From assembly GCA_049599895.1 (NCBI GenBank), contig JBMYPC010000080.1, positions 1 through 14,505 on the forward strand: 14,505 nt of DNA, read 5' to 3'. The notes beneath the pieces were generated by a model. That model saw only the letters and a program-made list of their open reading frames with translations. It ran no database searches and was not told the DNA's origin. The stretch is from Bacteriovoracaceae bacterium. GTDB taxonomy: Bacteria; Bdellovibrionota; Bacteriovoracia; Bacteriovoracales; Bacteriovoracaceae. Below, piece by piece: positions 8,401 through 14,505 of the stretch; position 1 is the first letter of the stretch; every line of letters begins with the position of its first letter. Position numbers and translations under genes: made by a program.

Positions 8401-9175
8401 TTACTTTTTAAGCTTTTTTACAGTCTTAAGTGTCTGCTCAAGTTCTTCAAGATATTCTGTTTCACCTTCATCTCGCAAATGCTCTCTTTTCTTTTTTTCG
8501 GACAACCTTTCCATCAAAGCTCGTAAGCCCCATGTTAGGTTTATTACTGTCAGCCCTTTCTATGATTAGTTCGGCTGCAGTTTTTCCAGTTTCAGCAAAA
8601 AGAAGTTTATTTTGGATACTGGAAAAAAACTCTTTTGTTTTTGGATGATCTTTGGAGTAGTCCACACTAGTCTCTTTAACAAGATCTCGCACTTTTTGAT
8701 AAAACCTCTTCTCAGAGGCCCTAATATCTTTAATGCGCTCAAGAAGTTCATCAAAATAATCCCAGCCACCCGGCTCTTTAAGACGTTTGTCGTTCATAAC
8801 AAAGCCTTTAACCAAGTAATCATTAAGATGATCTGTTGCCCATCTTCTAAATTGAGTGCCACGTTCTGAACGAACTCTATATCCTACCGCCAAAATAGCC
8901 TTGAGATTATAGTGGTTTATTTCTCTTTCTACTTCTCTTGACCCTTCTTGTCGAACTATCCGGAAATTCCGGATAGTTGCTTTTTCCCTAAGCTCAATCT
9001 CCTCATAGATGTTTTTCAAGTGCTCATTAACCGTTTTAACACTGACAGTAAAAAGCTCTGCCATCTGATTCTGGGTTAACCAAATTGTTTGATTTTCATG
9101 GTCTAGCTTGATCTCAAGCTCAACTTCTCCATCCTCCGTACTATAAAGAATAATCTCACCTTCATTTGCTCTCAT
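8401..9175 (-). pseudogene. rhuM: RhuM-family DNA-binding protein with internal deletion and frameshift
   Basis: TIWLTQNQMAELF, YNLKAILAVGYRVRSERGTQFRRWAT, YFDELLERIKDIRASEKRFYQKV, KPNMGLTSF. After GKVVRKK the usual AKNYL...LNR...DW segment is missing, and a tail KREHLRDEGETEYLEELEQTLKTVKKLKK* sits in another frame ending at 8401. Confidence 0.85.
8954..8978. repeat. Perfect 12-bp inverted repeat with 1-nt centre inside rhuM
   Basis: AACTATCCGGAA-A-TTCCGGATAGTT, encoding the ATIRNFRIV segment. Confidence 0.9.
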
Positions 9176-9519
9176 AAGTTTCTCCCAACACTCAGTAGGA
9201 CTTTTTGCTTCTCAAGGCCTAGAGACTTCACAAGCTTTATTAGTTGATCTTCAACACTCTCATCTGTGGTTTGCTTACACTTTGAGTTAAATAACCGTTT
9301 GCTCACGCCATATACATCTAAAATACTCTGCAAGTCTTCACCACTAGGCACATCAAGGCGACCCTTTTCAATATGGCGAAGATAGGCCTCAGACTTAGCT
9401 AAACGTCTTGCCGACTCTCTTATGGAAAATCCACTCAACAGTCTTAGCTCCTTAAGAACTCTTGCCTCTTTGGTCAATTTTATTTCTTCTGTTCGTCGGT
9501 GTCTAAGTTTCGTTTTCAA
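9172..9519 (-). CDS. Xre/Cro-family HTH transcriptional regulator
   Basis: LKELRLLSGFSIRESARRLAKSEAYLRHIEKGR HTH. TTG at 9519 preceded by GAGAGGAAAG is preferred over the track start 9570. ATGA overlap with rhuM. Confidence 0.82.
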   Translation of the reverse strand: MKTKLRHRRTEEIKLTKEARVLKELRLLSGFSIRESARRLAKSEAYLRHIEKGRLDVPSGEDLQSILDVYGVSKRLFNSKCKQTTDESVEDQLIKLVKSLGLEKQKVLLSVGRNL

Positions 9520-9535
9520 TCTTTCCTCTCTGAAA

Positions 9536-9611
9536 TGACTACAGTGCGTAGTCAAAAATACAAGACTCATTCGATAACTACAAGACTTTGTCGTTCGTCA
9601 CTACAACTACA
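9536..9611. promoter_or_regulatory. Palindrome TGACTAC-N5-GTAGTCA plus clustered ACTACA/TACAAGACT repeats
   Basis: Palindrome at 9536-9554; TACAAGACT at 9559 and 9579; ACTACA at 9538, 9577, 9600, 9606 and again at 9787 and 9797. Confidence 0.6.
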
Positions 9612-9709
9612 ATGATTTTGAATGATTTCCAGTGGTATGGCCAGATGCCGTAAAAATGGCGGACAGACTATCAATGGCTTATGATTAAAGGAGTTAGGGA
9701 GAAAGGGTG

Positions 9710-9733
9710 CCACCACTGAAAAACCAGTGGTGG
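9710..9733. repeat. 9-bp stem hairpin overlapping the tmRNA-type CCA end
   Basis: CCACCACTG-AAAAAC-CAGTGGTGG. Confidence 0.75.
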
Positions 9734-9750
9734 AGGTGGAGAGACCTCTC
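9728..9750 (-). other. tmRNA/tRNA-Ala-like 3' fragment (att core) with collapsed T-loop
   Basis: Minus strand GAGAG-GT-CTCTC-CACCTCC-ACCA: 5-bp T-stem, 2-nt residual loop, 7-nt acceptor strand, ACCA end. Confidence 0.62.
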
Positions 9751-9808
9751 TAAGTTTTAGTAATTGTTGATAGAGATTCAAAAAGAACTACAGATCACTA
9801 CAAATTCT

Positions 9809-10912
9809 CTATTTTGCAGTCGATGAATTCCACTTAGTTTTACTTAAGACAAAGTAGGTTATGAAACCAACCATCATACCAGGAGCAACCTCGTACATCG
9901 TACCTCCAAGCCCAAACTCACGCCAAAATAAAGTAACTCCAACTCCATTTACGACCATCAGTATAGCCGTAGTTTCTGAAACTTTTTTTCCTAATGCATA
10001 CACAAGCATTAATGGCCCAAAAGCCGCTGACAAAACTGACCAAGCAATAAGAACAAGTTCAAATACATTTTTACTTCCGAATAACGCAATTAAAAGTGCT
10101 ACTACCGTCACAAGACCAGTTGTTACCTTTGTAATAAGAAGGGTATCTTTCTCTTTAGGTAAAATATCTCTAGTAAAGGCTGCACTACAGCTCAGTATTT
10201 GAGAGTCTGCAGTAGACATTGTCGCTGAAAAAATTCCAGCAAGTACGACACCAATTGAATTATCTATAGCTAATCCTGTTGGAGTTACATCTAAAAAACC
10301 AGGAGAAACGGCGTTCAATTTTGCAATATATTGATCAAAACCACCAACTTCACTTACTCCAACAAAAAAGAGCATAGACATAGCAAAGATCATAACGATT
10401 GATTGGGCCGCATCTGTCCAAATAGAAGCTCTAATTCCTCCAGATAGACAATAAAGAAATACGATAACACTACCAATGATTGCACCAGTACTATAATCCC
10501 AACCAAAAAGAACATGGAGCGCTTTACTTCCAGCTCTGAATTGAGCTGCAGCATACACTCCTAAAAAAACCACAGTTATAATACCAACTAACAATCTTAG
10601 TTTTCTAAAATCAGATCCATGCTGCCATCTTGATAAGACACCACCAAAACTTAACAAATTTTCACTTTCGGTAATTTTTCTTAATTTTTTATGAACAAAG
10701 AAACTCATAATAAGGTCACCAAAAATCCATCCAACCAACCATAAGCCAGATAGATTGAAGCCCAGAAGTATACGTGTAACCAATCATCCCAATAAACATA
10801 TAACCACTATTACTAGTGGCAATGGCAGATAACGCAGCCAACCAGGGAGGTATATCATGTCCAGCTAAAAGGTAATCAGAGTTGCTTCCCTTACTCTTGA
10901 ATAAGGAACTAG
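9809..10912 (-). pseudogene. Sodium:solute (PutP/OpuE-like proline) symporter pseudogene
   Basis: SDYLLAGHDIPPWLAALSAIATSNSGYMFIGMIGYTY in the upstream frame; 4-bp duplication (TCCATCCA, 10726-10733) shifts the frame; in-frame loss of the GQPH...ELAL region near 10250 (NSIG/VVLAGIFSATMSTADSQ); no start codon or first TM. Confidence 0.85.
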
Positions 10913-11106
10913 AGCTACAAGTATTTTTAGTATTCTATTATCTTGATAAGAAAATTGATTACACCTCCCTAGAGGGATGGGAGCTTTATCGAGATATTGA
11001 TTATGATACTTCAAAACCTGTTAAAACCCGTTTGTTCAATCAAGGGCAGATAATTACTAGTATAGAAAAAAAGAGAAAAAAACTTCTTTCAAAAAATAAA
11101 AAGTAA
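10910..11106 (+). pseudogene. Probable C-terminal fragment of an unknown gene abutting the truncated symporter 5' end
   Basis: Open frame ...LQVFLVFYYLDKKIDYTSLEGWELYRDIDYD...KNKK*. The track's start lies inside antisense symporter sequence, consistent with a deletion junction near 10910. Confidence 0.35.
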
Positions 11107-11202
11107 AATAAAAATCTTCAACCCTGATATAATTAAAAATGTAGGCCACTCTTGTCAGTCTTATCTTTACAGTTTTCACTTCAATTTATGATATTACAGC
11201 GC

Positions 11203-11307
11203 GGGGTGGCGACGACAAGCACCTCCACCAAAATCGACACCAGAAAGGCGGTTTAAGTTTTTGTTATTAAAGACTTTTATCTTTTTGGTTGGGTGCCACC
11301 GGGTGCC
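11203..11307 (+). other. Collapsed tmRNA-like remnant / att core plus island-end motifs
   Basis: GGGGTG-G-CGACGACAA-G-CACCTCCACCA (11203-11230), then AAATCGACACCAGAAAGGCGGTTTAAGT-N7-ATTAAAGACTTT, and GGGTGCC repeats at 11291 and 11301. Confidence 0.6.
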
Positions 11308-11323
11308 GGGGTTTTGGTGGAAA

Positions 11324-11378
11324 ATCAAATGCTTATAAAAATAAGCACCCCTTGGAAAATAAAATATAAGCATTTGAT
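11324..11378. promoter_or_regulatory. 14-bp perfect inverted repeat with an extra internal half-site upstream of the PIN operon
   Basis: ATCAAATGCTTATA (11324-11337) / TATAAGCATTTGAT (11365-11378); additional ATAAGCA at 11341-11347. Confidence 0.6.
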
Positions 11379-11431
11379 ATTGGCCGTAGGTGACGGTCTG
11401 AATTAACTTTAGTAGTTAGTGAGGACTGGTT

Positions 11432-11899
11432 ATGAAAAAAATAAGAGTATTTGTTGATACGTCAGTTTTTGGCGGTTGTTTCGACGATGAATTTAGAAAA
11501 GATAGTGAGGCTTTCTTTAACTTGGTCAGGAAAGGTCGTTTTCAAGTTGTTGTCTCAGAATTGATTTTAGAAGAACTGAAAGGGGCACCTAGTGATGTCT
11601 TTGATGTTTTCTTTAACCTTCCGAATGAAAACAAAGAAATATTGATTGAGGGTGAAGAAGTTTTTGAACTTAAGGATGCCTATATTCAAGCAGGTGTTGT
11701 TACTAAAAAATCTGAAAATGATGCTTCTCATATTGCGATTGCCTCTATTGCCAAGGTTGACCTTATTGTAAGTTGGAACTTCAAACATATTGTCCACTTT
11801 GAAAAGATTCGAGGATACAACGGAATAAATATAATTAAGGGCTATCAGTCGATAAGTATTCATAGCCCAAGTGAGGTTATTGATTATGAAAAAGAATAA
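11432..11899 (+). CDS. PIN-domain (VapC-like) ribonuclease toxin
   Basis: RVFVDTSVFGG, VVSELILEEL, NDASHIAIA, DLIVSWNFKHIV; GAGG RBS. Confidence 0.9.
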   Translation: MKKIRVFVDTSVFGGCFDDEFRKDSEAFFNLVRKGRFQVVVSELILEELKGAPSDVFDVFFNLPNENKEILIEGEEVFELKDAYIQAGVVTKKSENDASHIAIASIAKVDLIVSWNFKHIVHFEKIRGYNGINIIKGYQSISIHSPSEVIDYEKE

Positions 11900-12083
11900 G
11901 AAGTTTGATTGTGTAAAAATGAAAAATGAAATTCAAGCTAAAATTCTAGAAGAGAAGAAAAAGTTCTCGTCAGAAGAAGAGTATAGAAAACATCGAATGG
12001 AAGAATTGATGAAAGATGAGCGCTTGAGCCAGCTTTTGAAAAATGCTAAAAAAATTGGTGATTCCAAAGGGGATGCGGCTTAA
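11886..12083 (+). CDS. Small charged protein downstream of PIN, probable antitoxin
   Basis: MKKNKKFDCVKMKNEIQAKILEE; ATG at 11886 overlaps the PIN 3' end and follows GAGG; 65 aa, predicted helical. Confidence 0.7.
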   Translation: MKKNKKFDCVKMKNEIQAKILEEKKKFSSEEEYRKHRMEELMKDERLSQLLKNAKKIGDSKGDAA

Positions 12084-12103
12084 TTGACATTAAGGGAAAA
12101 GAG

Positions 12104-12676
12104 ATGGGTTTATACAATAAGCTTAAGTCAATATGGAAGAAACTCGATATTAACGGGCAGGTGATAAATTATTCATCTAAAGAGTTGTGGGTTATTGAAA
12201 CAAAGAATGGCCCTGTCGCACGCATATTACGCCCTGGTTATAAAACACCGATTAAATTAGATATTGATGGATTTAAAAGAGTCGATGGCAAGGCTATAGA
12301 GAAGCATAAAAATTGGTGGAAATTTTACGATTTTTCAACAGTTGATGTATTTGATAATGGGGCGAATCTGAAGATTTCTGTTATTACAAAAATAGCAGTA
12401 GATGAAAATCATTTTAAAAAGCCTAAGTATTTGAAGGGACTATTTGGTGAACCTATTAGGGCCATTGTTGATATAAGAAGAAACAAAAAAGGCGTCATTG
12501 AGCAGTATAAAATATCAGATATTGGTTGGGTTAGCTTTGAGGATGCTTTTAAAATGGTTTGCTATCACGAGATTGATAATGCAAGACCTGTTTTTCCTAA
12601 AAATGGAAAACCTTATATTAGGTCAAAAAGAGATAAAAGTATTTTAAACAACTTGTCTCTCAAAGGAAAAGCATGA
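12104..12676 (+). CDS. Basic two-domain protein: unknown N-domain plus DUF3892-like C-domain (X', copy 2)
   Basis: ATG after TAAGGG; shares LKSIWKKL, GPVAR, DGFKRVDGKAI, HKNWWKFYDF, HEIDNARPVFP, PYIRSKRDKSILNN with 7804..8388. Confidence 0.82.
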   Translation: MGLYNKLKSIWKKLDINGQVINYSSKELWVIETKNGPVARILRPGYKTPIKLDIDGFKRVDGKAIEKHKNWWKFYDFSTVDVFDNGANLKISVITKIAVDENHFKKPKYLKGLFGEPIRAIVDIRRNKKGVIEQYKISDIGWVSFEDAFKMVCYHEIDNARPVFPKNGKPYIRSKRDKSILNNLSLKGKA

Positions 12677-13041
12677 AACTCTTAAAAGCATCTCTTGCCA
12701 TGAGCATAATATTTCTTTTTGGTGTTGGTATTAATATGTACAGATTTGGATATGGTTTTGAAGATGGTTTCTTTAGAACTTTGTTAGCGCCAATGGAAGG
12801 AACAGTGTGGGCCGATGGCTTTTCGGAAGAGGCTTTTGATAAAATAAGTATAGGGATGACAGCAGAGCAGGTTTTTTCTATTTTAGGTGAGCCCCTTGAA
12901 AAAGATAGTGATTGTCATAAGTTATGTTTTTGGACCTACTCATGGCAGGATACTCAGACTGCTGATTTTGACCAAAGGTGGGTAGTTTTTAATAGTCAAA
13001 ACCAGGTTATTGAAAAACGAAAGAGCTTTTTTATAGATTGA
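12673..13041 (+). CDS. Exported/membrane-anchored SmpA/OmlA(BamE)-like domain protein (Y', copy 2)
   Basis: Hydrophobic N-terminus; FSEEAFDKISIGMTAEQVFSILGEP...WTY...DQRWVVF; paralog of 7448..7807; ATGA overlap. Confidence 0.8.
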   Translation: MKLLKASLAMSIIFLFGVGINMYRFGYGFEDGFFRTLLAPMEGTVWADGFSEEAFDKISIGMTAEQVFSILGEPLEKDSDCHKLCFWTYSWQDTQTADFDQRWVVFNSQNQVIEKRKSFFID

Positions 13042-13351
13042 TTCTAAGTATTGCTACGCTTCATTTAGTGCCGTGGTGTTGTTGAGATTCCAGGTGGTTA
13101 AGCTGTATTGGCCCTATTTCAATGCTGAATGAATTGTTGCTCATGCAGGAGGGGAGAATCAAACCCACTGTGGGAACCGTACTCATTTCTTAAGTTTGTT
13201 TTTAGTTTGCTCCACAAGAGTGTGGTTCTTCCTATCTTGGAAAGTTCATAGATGTTTCGCTGTGAGGATTGACTTCTCATTGAAATATTCAATCGAGTAT
13301 TTGTGTGGTAAATAATTTTAGTACAAATTTTAAATTAGAGAGAAGATTTTG

Positions 13352-13689
13352 ATGAAGTTTGAATATCTTGAAAGAGGTGATCCAGAGATTTGTGAAGTAG
13401 TACTTCGCTCTGTTCCTGATTGGTTTGGGATAGAAGAATCAACGGTTGCTTACATAAATAAGTCTAAAGAACTTCCTATGATTAGTGCGTTTGAGGATGG
13501 AAAGGCTATTGGTTTTTTATCACTATTGCAACACAGTCAATATACCACCGAAGTGTATGTCATGGGAGTTGTTCCCGAATATCATCGTAAAGGTGTTGGG
13601 AAAAAGTTATTGATTGAGGCGGAAAAGGTTTTAGCAAAAAATGGAATAGAGTTCTTACAAGTTAAAACAGTAAGTGCTGATAGAGAGTG
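13352..13689 (+). pseudogene. GNAT acetyltransferase truncated by IS3 insertion
   Basis: VPDWFGIEES, EVYVMGVVPEYHRKGVGKKL (acetyl-CoA motif A), FLQVKTV. The track ORF's last residues EVPQKHWTFFL are IS-derived. Confidence 0.85.
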
Positions 13690-13753
13690 TGAAGTTCCCC
13701 AAAAACACTGGACATTTTTTCTGTAGCGGTTATAACTCTGGGAGGAGTAAACC

Positions 13754-14077
13754 GTGGAAACAAAACCTAAGAAGAATTCTTACAGTAAAGAGTTTAAAAT
13801 TCAAGCAGTTGAGCGTTGTAAAGTCGTTGGCATAAAGAAGGCCAGCGAGGAGTTGGGTGTCTGTACAGCTTCTCTTTCAAACTGGAAAAAGCTCTTTGAT
13901 CCATCATCGGACAAGTCAAAATCTAAAGACAAGCCTACTTACGAGGAGCTTCAAAAAGAAGTTATAAGACTCAGAAAAGAGCTTGGCTATGTTGAAGAGA
14001 TCAACGACATTCTAAAAAAAGTACGGCAATCTTTTCGAACGACAAGTTTCGAGGTTCGAAGTGATTTCTTTCGTTAA
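13754..14077 (+). CDS. IS3 OrfA (HTH transposase subunit)
   Basis: YSKEFKIQAV...ASEELGVCTASLSNWKK...LRKEL...NDILKK; GGAGG RBS, GTG start. The native-looking tail STAIFS is out of frame, suggesting one A was lost from the run at 14014-14020. Confidence 0.85.
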   Translation: METKPKKNSYSKEFKIQAVERCKVVGIKKASEELGVCTASLSNWKKLFDPSSDKSKSKDKPTYEELQKEVIRLRKELGYVEEINDILKKVRQSFRTTSFEVRSDFFR

Positions 14078-14505
14078 GACTGAGAGCTCGATAAACATTC
14101 CAACCCGCTTTCTCTGCCGTCATTTCAGAGTAAGCCCCAGTGGGTATTATCACTGAAAGAAACGTCACTCTGGGATCAGATTTGTGAATAAGGAATCAAT
14201 CTGTAAAAGGATCAAGGAGATCTTTGAAGAGAGTAAAGAAACTTATGGTTCTCCTCGAATCTTCGAAACCTTAAAAGATGAGAATTTATCAATCTCTTCC
14301 CTCAAGACCAGGAGAGCTTCTCGCTGGAGATATTACTTACCTGAGGCTTGGGAAGAGCTTTTTTTACCTCTCGGTTGTCATTGATCTTTTTAATCGAGAG
14401 ATTCTTGGTTGGTCGATGGGAAACAGTCTTGAGACGAAACTTGTTCTTGACTCGCTTGATATGGCGATGAAAAAAGTTGGTCCTGATGCGGAAGTGATTT
14501 TTCAT
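14020..14505 (+). pseudogene. IS3 OrfB (DDE transposase) with nonsense codon and internal deletion
   Basis: LCRHFRVSPSGYYH* (TGA 14154-14156 where W is expected); deletion and frame change near 14296 between ENLSIS and LPSRPGELLAGDITY. Confidence 0.85.

Larger units (their letters stand above)
13690..14505 (+). mobile_element. IS3-family insertion sequence, degenerate, right end outside the window
   Basis: Left end TGAAGTTCCCCAAAAACACTGGACA (5'-TG IS3-type IRL); orfA HTH, A-run, and orfB with YGSPRI and GDITYL...YLSVVIDLFNREILGW...VIFH integrase core. Confidence 0.92.

Noticed and set aside
7979..8869. Short ORFs 7979..8161, 8115..8348, 8381..8569, 8430..8648, 8566..8769, 8612..8869
   Set aside because: Antisense or alternate-frame overlaps of X and rhuM with no independent support.
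9520..9570. Track start of the Xre ORF at 9570
   Set aside because: The extension runs through the palindrome/repeat cluster and lacks a clear RBS; TTG at 9519 has a good RBS.
9536..9802. CRISPR array or plasmid iterons
   Set aside because: Repeats are only 6-9 bp and irregularly spaced; no cas or rep gene in the window.
9861..10202. 113-aa plus-strand ORF
   Set aside because: Antisense to the symporter remnant.
11200..11275. Intact tRNA-fMet (starts CGCGGGGTGG) or intact tmRNA
   Set aside because: No D, anticodon or T arm follows; only 28 nt lie between the putative 5' and 3' ends.
7230..11307. Classical integron attC array
   Set aside because: The sites lack the RYYYAAC...GTTRRRY ends and long attC hairpin, and no intI is present; they resemble tmRNA-derived att ends instead.
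11567..11863. 98-aa minus-strand ORF
   Set aside because: Antisense to the PIN gene.
13144..13196. Degenerate tRNA-Leu-like 3' half on the minus strand (CTTAAGA...GTGGGTTTGATTCTCCCCTCCTGCA)
   Set aside because: Anticodon and T stems do not pair properly, there is no CCA and no 5' half; probably chance.
14302..14505. 67-aa minus-strand ORF
   Set aside because: Antisense to the IS3 OrfB integrase core.

Overview
AT-rich bacterial window; a Bdellovibrionota-like host is my impression from the gene style, not something the sequence proves. Left 5.8 kb: an intact heavy-metal (Cu/Ag-type) RND efflux operon on the minus strand (haem-binding-domain remnant, TolC/CusC-like, cusB, 5' part of cusA). 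It is transcribed divergently from an ECF sigma factor and a Cys/His-bearing membrane anti-sigma candidate, with two matching back-to-back TGTCACA-N16-CGTAAT promoter motifs between them. The remaining 8.7 kb is a decaying accessory region with no integrase gene in the window. Three short sites carrying a tmRNA-type 3' end (CACCTCCA[CCA]) and fixed-spacing flanking motifs lie at about 7.3 kb (-), 9.7 kb (-) and 11.2 kb (+). Each is followed by a small gene cassette: [Xre, rhuM remnant, X, Y], [DUF6973-like protein, two paralogous exported proteins] and [PIN toxin, partner, X', Y']. X/Y and X'/Y' are two diverged but intact copies of an uncharacterised, translationally coupled pair: a basic protein with an unknown N-domain and a DUF3892-like C-domain, plus an exported SmpA/BamE-like protein. 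Many neighbours are broken by deletions, frameshifts or IS insertion (putP-like symporter, rhuM, GNAT, IS3). The best candidates for a new system are the tmRNA-att-bounded cassette architecture and the duplicated X/Y module. All alignments were done by eye.
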